64,000 nucleotides of DNA from Proteromonas lacertae. Its lineage: Eukaryota. Position numbers and translations under genes: made by a program. The notes under the pieces were generated by a model. It worked only from the letters and a program-made list of their open reading frames with translations, did not search any database and had not been told where the DNA came from. This document shows positions 27,301 to 41,040 of the stretch, piece by piece. Position 1 is the stretch's first letter; each line of letters begins with the position of its first letter. The DNA is taken from positions 248,001 to 312,000 of the forward strand of contig NGBS01000001.1 in NCBI GenBank assembly GCA_002245135.1, read 5' to 3'.

Positions 27301-30300
27301 TATAAGATTAATTGTACTAATAGCAGCTTCAACGATTGCATTACATGGAATTACATTTGAAAAGTAGTTATATATTTTATTGCTTATGAAATCTTGATAT
27401 GTCTTCTTCTCTGTTAAATAATTCTTACAATAGAATGTAGAAACCATATAAACATTGTGTAATCCTGGAAATACATCTCTTTTATAATTCTTTTCCGTAT
27501 AAAGAACATTATATATTTTCCATGTGGAATATTCTTGTAACATTCCACATTCATATGCTACTTTTATTAAATTAAATGCGAATGTTGAAAGATTTATAAT
27601 GATACACTCTCTATTTACACAAACATTATCTTTCATATCATTAATCATATCTACTGTTTCAGTATACATCATGTTATGATCGACAGCAGTATATTCATAT
27701 GTTTTAATAATATTAAATCCTGTTAATGCAGATATTTTTACAAACTGATTATATAAATACTGAGAGACAACTACTGTAGATTTAACCAATATAATACTCC
27801 CTTTATATCCATGTAAATGATATATCAATTTTTCTTTTAATACTCCATTCACAGGTCCTGTTGAAATTACATTTGGATAACAATATTCAGCTTCAGTATA
27901 ACCTGGATAGAAATATATAATCTTTTTATTTCCAATTCCATTTATTATTGCATCTCTTTCAAATGAAAATATACCTCCAATTATGCCAATTACTTTTGAC
28001 AAATCATTATTATTCAAATAATCTCTTACTGTATGTTCTATTCCTTCTTCAGTATCTGGAATTTCTACTGGTTTTATTTTTAAGAATATTGGCAATTGTT
28101 TATTAAATGCTAATGTTTCTTCTTCTGTATTTCTAAACTGAACTAATGCTTCAAACAAATATCTGTAAATTTCGGAATAAAATCTATTACTATAATTTAT
28201 AAATAGGATTATTGCATAAATGGGTGATATCTCTAATTCATCTCCTTTCTCATCATCAATTAACCAATCACAGTAATGATTACCTTTTGGATATTTACCA
28301 AATATAGTAAAAGGATTTGGGACAAGATTCAAATAAGATAATCCTTCTTTCAGCTCAGATTCTAGACGACGAGCATAGAAATTCAATCTTAAATAGTTGT
28401 TAGTCTCTACTTTTATTAATCCCATTGGACTTTCATACTCTGCATAATATAATTGATGTAATATATTATATGTTGAAAAATTATAATTGTAGTCTTTATA
28501 ATCATCTTTATAAAATCTATTAGCATTTGTATATGTAATATTATGTAATGCTAGTGATAATAACTTCATCATTGTGTAACCTGCAACCATTCTGTTAGTT
28601 ATTAGTTTTGAATATGATGCAGCTAATAGTTTGTTTTTATACTTTATGAATTCTTCATTTTTCTCAGAATATAACATAATAAAATCAACGTTGGTTATAT
28701 TATAGTATAGTATTTGTTGATATCTGAAATTTGGTATAAATATTTCATAGTTTATACTATAATACTCATCCATTTCATATTGAGCCAATTTGTTGGATAG
28801 TAGACTCAAATCTTCTTCATTTAAATCAGTCCATATAATAAAATCAGCTTTATATTTTTCAATTATATTATCAGCTATTATATCACCACTTTCATCTGGA
28901 TTTTCATATTTAACAACCTTCAAATGTCTATTCATCAACAAATCATGCATTATAGAAAACATATAGTTATAATTTCTAGCAATTAGTATAAAAGTACTCT
29001 CTGGATAATTGACACTATAGAATGATACTGATGACTGAATAAAATGTGATGTAGTATAACTACAATAAAGAATATTCTTTTCACATTCTTCTCCATCATC
29101 AATATTTAAATAAAACAATAACATGTCATATTTCTTGATGATTGGTTTTAATAAAGTTTTACCAATTTCACTTCCTGAATAAAATATAGCTAAAATTGTT
29201 GAATTTGTTGTATATTTATCAACCAAATCTACAACACTACTGTCGTTACAATTAAGGTTTTCTGTTAATAATACCAACTTAAATGGTAATATATTGTCAT
29301 TATTAATTTCACTAAGTGACAATTGCATTGATTCTAACAAACCAAAGTCATAGAAAGATTTATCACCAGTAAATGACATTAATAACAAAACGAAATATTG
29401 TCTTTGAACAACTATGTTTATCTCTGAATAAACATCACATATCTTTGTAGAATTTACATTTTGAGATGAAGAAACATAAAAATTCAATGGTTCTACAATT
29501 GCACTTATTGATTGATATATTTCAACTCTATCTTCATCAGCAATATATCTTTGAATATTGAAATAATGCTCAAGATAATTACTATTTTTGAACTTATATT
29601 CATATACAGATTGTTTGGATAATTCCACATTAAATTCATCTACTGTATAATCAGTTCTGTTGAATTGTGTAGTTGTTTTAATAATAAACTGAATAGCTAA
29701 ATAGGATGATAAGATAGGTGATGTTCCTGTTTTAGTCATTAAATACTGATTTAATACATGTGAAAAATGTTTATAATCATCAGTCTTATTAAACTGTGTA
29801 ATGAAAAATAATCCATCTAAATTACCATGATCAGATGGTAAATTGTCATAATAAAAGGCGATTACAGGAATATCATAGAAATTGTAATGATTTAATTTCA
29901 ACAGATTATAGGCTACATACGTTTCTGTTCTGGGTAACAAAAATAGAAAAGGTATTTTATTGTTTATTAACTCTATAAAATCATATTCTTTAGTAAAATT
30001 AACATTAAATTCATGAACTATTACACTAATTTTACCTTTCGACAATCCCATAAATGCGTTTTTATAATATACATATGGATAAATATTCATATAATATACT
30101 ACACAGGTATTGTATCCACGATATAATAAATGAGGTATTACATGATACATAACTTGATTTGGTACTGTACCTGTATTAACTACATTCTTATAACAATATT
30201 CACCAGTAGTATGTTTAGTATACCATAATATTTGATCTGTTCTTATTAATGGATATATTTCTTTGACAATTGATACATCTAAATTGCAAATGATATGTCT

Positions 30301-33300
30301 TAAATCCTTCTGTAAAGTAATTTTTTCTATTAATTCTTTAGTTCTTTCAATTTCATTATATGAATCATATATTTGATATAAATAATCTATACTTTCTCTA
30401 TCTAATATTTCATCCAATATACTTCCTATTACTATCATCACTTCACCATACATATATGATCTATTATAAGCAATTGATGTTAATATTGCTATTTTATGAA
30501 CGACACTTGGTAAATCATCTAATCTACACATATTTTCTATTAATGGTAAGTAATTCTTTGAATAAAATGGATCTATGGAATGAATAGGTATAATTATTTC
30601 ATTATCTTCACCTATTTTTGATGATTTTATATATATAACATCTAAATTATGATTCATATAATTATCACTATTGAATTTTGTATTACCAAAATAATTCATG
30701 ATGTTCATTTTATGAAAACTATCTTTGATTCTTTCTATACTTAAAGATCTTTCTTTTACTAAAGTATTTACTAAATAATGCATTGCTAATAGAAATGTAC
30801 ATGTATAGCTATTCAAATAATCATATTCATATGATTTTAACTTTCTTAAATATTCAGAACTAGTCAATTGCTTATCAATAGCACTGGATATTACTCCTAA
30901 ACTATCTACATAAAACAATTCATTACCATTCAAATTCAGTTTTTTCAATTGAATTAAAGCTATTGGCGAATTATAAACTATTTTTAAACCAGTTATATTA
31001 TGTTTAGCAAATGTGTTTATAAGGGATATAAACTGAGGAAATTCTAATTTTGAAAAAATAGCAATCGATGCGTAATGAGATAAATAATCATATATATCTA
31101 ATGTTAGCAATGATAAATCAGTTACATTCCACTGAATACCAATTTCATTTATAATATTCACACCAAATTTATGAAATTCTGATCTGTATATGTCAAAATA
31201 AAACTCATTTCTAATATTAACAGAATATAGTGAAATAACTGAAGTAATCATTTGCATTTTGAATAGAGAGAGAATTGGATAAACTGTTGAAGTAGGAGAT
31301 GCACCAAAATGAAATAGATTTGGATGAATATAATTATTAACTGATGGATTTGTAGACAATATCAAATATTCATCTTTATTAATCCATTTTTCAAATAATA
31401 AACCACATGCACTACTATTTCATAATATATAAAATAAATAAATAAATATACCATTCATAACCTATTACAACAGATATGTTATTATCTTTAATGAATTGAT
31501 AGACAGCTTGTGAACCATTTAATGAACATAACTGAATATGCTTCAATGATAATAGCAATTCATCATCTAATAACATATCATTAGCAAATTGTATTGTTGA
31601 AGACGCGAAATGAAATATATCAGATAGTGGATATGATGAAATATCTTCAGGACATACAATTAAGCCAATATTAAATATCTTGTTAGAAGACATTTGACAT
31701 GGTTCATTTATATTAAAATATACAGTAGAATTTTCATTATTTTTGCTTGTAAACATCATTTCATAATCTAATTCTTCTGGAATATAATGCAATAAAGAAG
31801 ATGGATATGTGAAATGATAATCTGTTGATAATCTACCCATACCATGAGGTGTTTTTACATCTATTTTGTTCACACTACTCCTAAATACAGAAGGATCAGG
31901 TGATTTTAATTCTACAAAATATGTTCTTGCTGCTGCTGCTGTTGTGAATAGCATTTCTATCATCTGGTAGGGTATTTTTATGTTTGTTTTTATGTCATAT
32001 ATTACACTCTCTAATTCAACAGATTCTTCATTTGTTTCATCATAATAATACTGAGATATAAAATAGAAGTTATTATTCTTATAATGAAGTGGAATAGAAG
32101 CCATTATGTCTGCATATAAAAACACAAAACTATATTTATTGAAATAATCAGTTTCTATAACATCAAATATCTGTAAAAAAGGTTCAATATCTTTAGGTGA
32201 GATTGTGACAATTACAATTCCTAAATCACTTAAATAATCATCTAAAAACCTTAAAAATGTGTAAATATAATAATTAGATGAAAAATCTAATGTTAAATTA
32301 CCTTTGAAGTTAATAGTCAAGATATTCGAAAGTTCTTTTATTACATTTGTCTCTGCTATATCAATCTTATTGTTACTACAGCTAATAACTACACAATCAA
32401 AAACACCTCTACCAGTGAAATAATATATTGGTGATAATGAATATGTTGCAAGTGATGGAGCAAATGTAAATCTATTTTTGAATACATATAAAAAATATAT
32501 ATAATATACACCTGATCATTACATAAATATTCTCCTTCAAATCCTATATACCAATATATCATATTCTTTCCTTTAATTGCATCAATTAATCTATATTTAA
32601 TTTCTTCAGTAGTTGCTCCAAATATATGCTGAATTCCTAACTTCTCTATATTATCAATTTGTTCTGTAAAATCATCAGCTTCAAATATTGGGATAACATT
32701 CTATATACATAATATTACAATATGGTTGTTATACGATATTTGTGTTATTGAATGTTGATAATGCATTATCTTTTGCAGCAAATATGTTCATATATAAAAC
32801 ACTATAAAGAGGAGATAGTTCTCCATATGGTAAAGAATATAATACACTTACATTCAAATAATTAATTGGTATAATTGATGGATTATCTGTTACATCACAT
32901 TTATAACCGTAAAAAAGAAGAATGAATTAAAACAACAACAAAAATAATATATATGATCATAAAAAAAGATATTTTTCTATCATATGGATTCTGTGAATAT
33001 CTATGTGAATAAAGTTCATGAAACACTACAGTATCATTCTCAGCAACCTATCTTACCAACATGCCACCATACTTGAAAGAAATTGCTCTTATCTAAAACT
33101 GTTGGACCAGATGGAAAATCAAAAGTAAGTTGAATAAAGACTTGAATATTGATCATAATTAGAAGAATATCTCTTATCAATAAATATAATTCTAAGAGTA
33201 ACAAAGACAGGAATAGATATTAGATAAAATATTTAATTTATATAAATCAATATCATCTAGATTCATATTAATCGTATCAGCAATCTCCATCAGTTTCTTA

Positions 33301-36300
33301 TTACCAGGTGTGTCTAACACTTTTAATACTGCTGAATTAATAATGCTATTTCTATATAATGATGGGTATTTTTTTGCTTCATTGATTATATTACCAATTA
33401 TTGTGGTGGTTGTATATTTATCTATCAATAACCTTCTATCTAATTCTACTAACATTTTATGATATTTATCACTTTCTAATGCTGAATAAACAAAACCTCC
33501 TAATACAACAATAACTATAATAACATATACCATTTGGCATTAATTGTATTATTCTATCAACCAATTCGGTAATTACTATATCTTCATCTTCATTCTCACT
33601 TAATGTAACATCATGTGCTTCTTTTAGTGGATGTAATTTACTGTATATTTCATTTGCTATATCAATCCCTTTCTCCCATATCCTAAAAAAGTGTAAACAT
33701 AAATATAATATACTCATATTCATCATTATGTACTATTACTATATCTTTATATTGGATGAATAAACTAACATATATAATATCACCAAATGAAGAGGGAGTA
33801 AATCCATACTAGTTATAATATAAGTTATATATATATACATTAAAAATTCTTGAATTACAACTCAGTCTATTATCATCAAAAGGAACAAACATAACAGCTT
33901 TATATTCTTCTAAGAAATCACTTAATTGAGTATAATCATATCGATTTGTTGTTATTATACCCATTGAATGATAATCATATTCATTTTAAGAATTTCTATT
34001 ATCCTATCTATATCATTGGTTGAAAGATACAACTCTTGGAACAATATAATAATTATCAAATAATTTGTGGACATTATAATAATAGGTGATTCCTTCAATT
34101 ATATTTAGAAAATAATTTTCATTTATTATATCCATTACTACAAATAACTTAATAGAGTTATTAAACGAATAACAATCACATGTATCTTCTTTGTCATCCA
34201 TTATATTAATATTATATTGAATCTTTTGTTGTTGAGTTAACAATATCATTTTCCCAGAATTTTCATCATATTTTACTATATAATAGGAAGTACCAAATAA
34301 TGAATTTCTTTGAAATAACACTCCACCAAATATCGCCTTTTGAAAAGAACCTGGAACTGTACTTAACAATAATTGCGGATCAACCAAACCAGTTAATTTG
34401 AAAGAATTAAATAGGAAAGTCATAGCATAATAAGTAAGAAAAAATTGTTGTGATAGTTTATAATTAGATGAATACATATGATGAATTGATTTCACTAACT
34501 TATTATCAGTAAATTTATCAATAACGAAAAAATTTGCCAGCTATATAACTACCTTTATAATAATCCTTACTATATCTATCTACATCAATCTCCATTAATG
34601 GTTTATGTGGATAAATTACTTTATACTTAAAATTATTAGCAACATTTATATCTTTGATACTTTCAAATAATTCTAATGATTGGAACACATCGACTGTACT
34701 GAATATTGTTATTCCATTTGGATATTTTGTTGGTAAATCTTTGACAAAATCATTTATTGTATAGTCTTCTGTAATTTCAGCTGTGTGAAAATTGTTATTT
34801 TCTTCACTATAACCATATCTATTGAATATTCTAATAGATAAATCAAAAGTAGTTATCAATTCATCCATCCTTGAACCTAATACTAGAAAATTATCAAATT
34901 CACCTGAATTAACAATCATTGTGATAGGCGTATAAATGGAGAGATGAATCATTGACAAGTGCTTATAGCAAGAATCATCATATCTATAATGTAATGATAT
35001 TCCATATATATTATGATTATCAAAATATTCATGAGCCATGTAATAAAGTCTATAATCACTGCAGAGTATATAATATTGACAATTGTATTTATCATAATTG
35101 CTACTTAGTATATCTTCAATCTCACTCTTTGTTGTAACGTTCGATATATCAATAGTATGCATAAGAAAAAAAGGATCAATATCATTTTCAACATGATAAT
35201 TATATACTGCATAAAATACGGAATGTAACACATGTTGATCTACTTTAGCATATCTAGTAGTAGCATGATACAATACACCTATATGTATTATTGTATTTTT
35301 TATTCTATAACCATCTGATGAACAGATATAAGTTGGATAATCAGTGAATAGTTTTACATTAATATCAGGTAATTTATTGATTATTGGAATCTCTGATTCT
35401 GATGTAAACTTATTGTTATCTTTTGATAATTTCGTAATAATAGCTAACTTCAACAATCGTGAGGTTTTAGATATTTTTATTGGAGATGATGTATACAGTA
35501 TTTCATACAACTGTTCATGTACAACAAATGGATAAATATCAGGATTTTGAATATAAATATCTGATAATATATAAATAAATACAAACACATCAATAAAATT
35601 GGAGTTATAAACGTATAAAGGATCAGTAGAATAATGTGTTTGAATTATTTCTGTTATATTTATATTCTTATATACAACTGGAAGAGATGACAAAGACGCA
35701 ATACAATAAATATCATTTTTAGAATTTTGTATCTTTGCAATTTGATAGAATTGACAATTAGCAAAATTAATGAAATCTGTTGGATTCTGTGTGGATATGA
35801 CTTCATTAACTTCAATATCTAATATATCAGTGTATAAAGGATTTGTTTGAGAGAGTAGATTCAGTACCTTTGAATACTTTTTGTTTTTAATCATCTGCAG
35901 CAGAGTATCTCGAGTATCTGTCTCTTTAGTTACATAATATTCAGTAATCCAACTCTCCAAAACCCATCTTAGCTTCAATGGAACTTTTAGCAGATTGATG
36001 TATATCATCAGATATAATTAGATAACCTGCATTATTCATTTGTATTAAATACACAGTAACTATATAGCATTATAACAAATAAATATATCATACCTGCTGA
36101 AAAAAATGACTGATACTGTCCAGAAAATATAATATGCTGAGTAACAGTCAGTATCCATTGAATCATCTAAAACCAAAGCTATAACATGAGCTGTTGATAA
36201 GTAATTATCAAGCTGCTTGAAATTAAAAAATGTTTTACAGAAAACAACCATCCTTAACCTCCTTTTCTTCTATCTTCTTCTTGATCTCATCCAGATGGTC

Positions 36301-36495
36301 TGATATATTAAATGAAGCCAATACAAGCTTCGTAGGCTGTACAGTAATGGTTGAATTATTAAAAGTAAGTTCCATAGACTGTAATTGATCTAGCTCTAAG
36401 TACATACCATTAGATATTAAAAGTATAGGCATTGTTACATCTGCATACGACAGTTGAAAAAATAGAGCAGCATAAAAGAGCAAATATAGCGACAT
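24384..36495 (-). CDS. Giant receptor A: signal peptide, 9 tandem type-I periplasmic-binding (UrtA/AmiC-like) domains, class C-like 7TM, cytosolic tail; about 10 apparent frameshifts in the 5' third
   Basis: Recurring motifs (YFYPGYTEAEYCYPNVISTG, ESPMG..V.TNNY, linker YCDW); 7TM with CVTRVWFVSLG, QVVFLTIW, TRNLKTQFKE; joined across GT-AG introns and one AT-AC intron. Confidence 0.78.
32909..32972 (-). other. U12-type intron, AT-AC, 64 nt (giant receptor A)
   Basis: 5' ATATCTTT, branch-like GTTTTAAT, ends TTTTTTAC. Removal gives NPYDRK-GYKCDV, matching the inter-domain linker of other repeats (e.g. NPGYTCDV). Confidence 0.8.
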
Positions 36496-36699
36496 TTTGA
36501 AAATTATTAAAAAATATAGTCGTTTCGTTCAATTTAAGTTATTTTTATAAAAAATGTTAAATTAAGTCAATACTTCTTTATGTTATGTTTTGAGATAGTG
36601 TAAAAATACAGAAGCTAGTAAACAGAAGGTTATACAAAAAATAAAAACGTTTCGATGTAATTATGCTAAAAACAATAAATAATAGAACAGTGAAAACTA

Positions 36700-37951
36700 T
36701 CAACACTTATATTGTATCGATTTGGACTCTTTCAGCAAAATTAAGTCTTCTTTCACAACAGCGTTGTGTTCTTCTAGAAATTTTTCATAATCTGCATATT
36801 CTATGAATATAAGCACTTTCTAAATGGAATTATATATAACACAAATATATACTTTGCAATAATCAGTTGGCAAGCTTAAAAATGATTGTAACAGAATATT
36901 CCATATTTCTTCTCTGTAACTTGGTAATAATAAATCAATAAACCATCTATTTGAATAATAATCATGCAAATACAATGAAAATTCTGGTGCTTTCGAATAA
37001 AGATTCATAAATGAAATGTAATTCTTATCATAATAAGCTTTGATTATAGATAAGGTAAAAATCATCAATTTATTATCTGGATACTTATTAGCATCTTTTA
37101 AATAAAGCTTTAAATTACTTAAATCATTCTATAATAAAATACAATACACAAAATGAATATACAGTAACTAAATTATAAAGTAATCTATACGCAACAAATT
37201 CAGTTTTATTTGGAGAATCAATACAATTATAAAGTTCAAACAGTTCAGTCTGACACTGATTATATTCATTTAAATCACCTTCAGTAATACTAATTTTACA
37301 TTGAGTTTCATAAACCAAAACTGTGAATTTATTTTTTATTCCTTGTATTAATAAGTCCTGTCTTATTGATTTAAGTTGTTCAGTTACATATGAATAATTT
37401 CTTGCAGACATCCATTTCTTTCTCATATATTGAAATGATTCAAATAAAACACTCTCAGGACGAACTGTTAATGGATCTGGTGGACCTGTTAATCTGTAAT
37501 ATTTTTTCTCTAAAGAAGTTGATAAACCAACTATTTTTGTGTTTGAATCATATTTATAATCTAATGAACTAAAACTAGATGTGTTTGCCTCTTCTGAAAA
37601 ACGATTGGATCTTTGTTTCAATTGTGATTTTGTTACTTTAGGAACAACTAATGATTTAATAACTTTCTTTGTATCTGTTGATGCTTGAATTGAAGGTATA
37701 TTACATTCAAATACTTCTTGACCAGGTTTTTTATCTTCTATTACATTATTTGTTGTTTCACATTCACTCAAATCACTTTCATCGCTTTTGTTATCTTTAA
37801 TTTTCTTCATTTCTATCATTCTTTTCAACTTTTCTATTTTTATATCAAATTTCTGTATCATTACCTTCTTCACATATTCTGGTAACTCTTTCATATTCAA
37901 AAGTGTTTTTCTTTCTTTCTTTAACTTCTTCAATTTCTTTTTCTTACTCAT
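36700..37951 (-). CDS. SAC3/GANP-family (LENG8/THP3-like) protein
   Basis: IVGLSTSLEKKYYRLTGPPDPLTVRP, EQLKSIRQDLLIQGIKNKFTVLVYE, GDLNEYNQCQ, EFVAYRLLY; two GT-AG introns. Confidence 0.88.
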
Positions 37952-37974
37952 TCTGTCAAATAGACTTAATTGAC

Positions 37975-39132
37975 ATGTCAAAGCGTAACTGTTTTCGTTC
38001 AAATTCTAATCCTACTATTCGTTCTAATCGTGATGATCTTATAAATGCTGCTGCTTTGCAAGACCAGTTTTCAAGGAATTTAGCTTTACCACAAAGATTT
38101 AATTTATCACATCACACAAAGAAACTACCACCGAAACAACCAAACAGATTACATAATGCTGGTAAACATATTATGGATGAAGTTAGGTGGCAATGTGATA
38201 CTTGTACCTTTCTTAACCCACAGTCAACCAAGAAATGTCAAATGTGTGGTTCTATTAGACCAAACTATGAAGATACAGAATTGGATAATCCATCTGATGA
38301 TCCAATACTTACATTAGCACAAAAGAGAGGATTAGTCAAAGGTCCAGATAAACTAACAAAAGAACAGTGGGATAGTGTTTTTAAAATGGCTATATCAAGG
38401 AAAGATGCTGAACAACCTTGTCCAATATGTCAAGAATATTATAAATTAACTCCACAAGTGATATTGAGTTGTTCACATGTATTTCATTTAAACTGTTTAA
38501 CAAGTTTTGAGAAGTTTGTGTCCAAAGAAAAAAGAGTTTGCCCAATTTGCAGAAGAAAGAACTATCAAAAGAGAGAGTTTAACGAAGGAACAAAGGTGTT
38601 TAGAAGAAGATGTATTGTGAAAATTCAATCATTTTACAGAGGTTATAAAGCAAGAAAAGTATATGATAAGAAATTATCAAAGTTATACAAGTCAGGAAAA
38701 GGAAATGAAATGAATAAAAGGAAATATATAACAAAGAAAATGAATATAATCACTTCAAAAATTGATACAGCTGTTGATAATACAGATGTGTTGATAGATT
38801 CATTATTTGCAGATTTAGAACGAAATATAAAAGCTAGTAGAATGGTATTTAATAATGAAGAACCAAAATTGGAATCTGCTGCATTTGAAAAGCCAAAGAA
38901 TAAGTGGATTAATATAAAGAAAATGGCAATGAAACATTATGAAAGTGAATGTCCTATATGTTTAAATTCATATAAGAATGGTGATATATTGCTACTGAGT
39001 TGCAGTCACATATTTCATAGTAAATGCATTCAATCTTTTGAAAAGTTCAATGAAAATTCAATTCATTTATGTCCAATATGTAGATCTGCATATGATTGTA
39101 TATCATTTTTTGATGTACCAGATGAAAAATAG
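37975..39132 (+). CDS. RNF32: RNF32-like E3 ligase: RanBP2-type zinc finger, RING-H2, IQ motif, RING-H2
   Basis: WQCDTCTFLN...CQMC; LTLAQKRGLV; CPICQE...LSCSHVFHLNCL..FE...CPICR; IQSFYRGYKARK; second RING. Confidence 0.85.
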   Translation: MSKRNCFRSNSNPTIRSNRDDLINAAALQDQFSRNLALPQRFNLSHHTKKLPPKQPNRLHNAGKHIMDEVRWQCDTCTFLNPQSTKKCQMCGSIRPNYEDTELDNPSDDPILTLAQKRGLVKGPDKLTKEQWDSVFKMAISRKDAEQPCPICQEYYKLTPQVILSCSHVFHLNCLTSFEKFVSKEKRVCPICRRKNYQKREFNEGTKVFRRRCIVKIQSFYRGYKARKVYDKKLSKLYKSGKGNEMNKRKYITKKMNIITSKIDTAVDNTDVLIDSLFADLERNIKASRMVFNNEEPKLESAAFEKPKNKWINIKKMAMKHYESECPICLNSYKNGDILLLSCSHIFHSKCIQSFEKFNENSIHLCPICRSAYDCISFFDVPDEK

Positions 39133-39240
39133 TAATTATAATGTATTTATATTAGTATTTATGATTTAAATGAATTTCTGTTTTTTTTTGAATCCAAGCC
39201 ATACTCAAACATATTTTTAATATAAAATATTAAATTCTGA

Positions 39241-40827
39241 ATGGCACAAATAGGTAATGTTCCAAATTATGAAGTGATCAAGGAGTTAGGCAAAGGATCT
39301 TTTGCGACAGTAGTTCTTTGCAAGAAAAGTGGAACAGATGAGTTATATGCAATGAAAAGCTTTTCAAAGTCAATGCTTAGAAATAAAAAGCAATATGTAG
39401 AAGTAGATGGTAAAATGACAACTGAGACAGAATTGAATAAAATATATAAAGAGATTGCTTTAATGAAGAAAGTTCATCATGTTAATTGTGTAAATTTGTA
39501 TGAAGTAATAGATGAGCAAGATGGTGATAAACTATATATGGCTTTAGAATATGTAGAAAAAGGACAAATTATGGATTTCAATGGTGAAAAGAGGAGATAT
39601 TTTAACGATACAGAAAAAGGAGTGTATGATGAGAATACAGCTAAACAATTATTTGCAGATATGGTAGCTGGAATACGTTACTGTATTATATATAATGAAT
39701 AATATTTCTTAATTCTTTAAATAGTACATACAAATGGAATTGTTCATTGTGATATAAAACCAGAAAACATTTTAGTAACTAAAGATAATCACTGTAAAAT
39801 AGCAGATTTTGGTGTTTCACAAATAGTGAGCGAATATGATAAACAAGGTTCAAGAAGAGGAATGTTGACTGCATTTACTGGAACAACTCAATTCTGTGCA
39901 CCTGAATGTTATGATCAAGATTCATTTAGTGGATACTTAGTAGATGTTTATGCATTAGGTGTCACTTTATATATTATGATTTATGGTGATTTACCCTTTT
40001 ATAGTGATAATATTAATGAATTAATAGATATGATTTGTGATGCTGAAGTTAAATATCCAGAGAATGTTAGTATATCCAATGAATTAAGTGACTTATTAAA
40101 ACAAATGTTGGAGAAAGATCCAAATAAAAGAATTACTGTTGGTGGAATAATTAATCATCCTTGGTTAAGTGAATATAAAGAACAAATTGAACAAAAATGT
40201 TCTGATTGTATAAAGATTGAAGTAACAGATGAGGAAATAGCTAATGCTATTACTAAAGCACCTTCTGTTATTGGACTTGTATATTTATATATTATTTTAT
40301 ATATATAGACTCATATAAAGCTTAGATTAGATAAGAAATTGAATGAAATAAGAGAAAACATGAAAGAGAAAGATAAAGAGAATGATGATGAAAAGAAAGA
40401 TGAAGTTGAACCACAATCTACAACAGAAAATGTACAATCTGATCAGAATGAGAATAATACAGATGTACCGACAATGAAAAGACAACAATCTGTATTATCA
40501 CCAAAACAAAGATCTGTTAGAAAATTACCTGAACCAGCTGAATATCATGGAACAATGAAGAAATTGTGTAATAAAAAGTGTTGTATTCAGTCATGGGAAG
40601 ACAGATTTGTTAATTTAAACTGCAGAGAGTTTGCTTATAAGAAATTAAGTAAACCAAGTCAGACTGTGTTTCTTTTAAGTTCAATTCAGAAAATATATAA
40701 TATGCCAGCAGGAACCACTACTATAATGATACAAACAAGCTCTAAGACAATTAAATTAAAAGCACAAAATGTAGCAGAAGCACAAAGGTTCATGGATGCT
40801 TATAAGAAAATTAAGGCTCAGAGTTGA
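39241..40827 (+). CDS. CAMKK/GRIK-like Ser/Thr kinase with C-terminal PH domain
   Basis: [46 protein letters not shown]-like YHGTMKKL...WEDRFV...AEAQRFMDA. Confidence 0.88.
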
Positions 40828-41040
40828 TAATTGTTTATTGATCAATCAAAGTGATTTTGTTAATTGGATTGGTTTTTTGTTTTATTGTATTATGTGTTTA
40901 TTATAAAACAGTATGCAATTCATAAGTCATTCAAGATAGTTGTGCTCAATTGTATTTATGTGTTTAACTATTAATCGCTTTGTTATATCAGTTTTTCTTC
41001 GAATTTTAATAATACAGATGTTTGAGGTTTGTCTTTAAAA

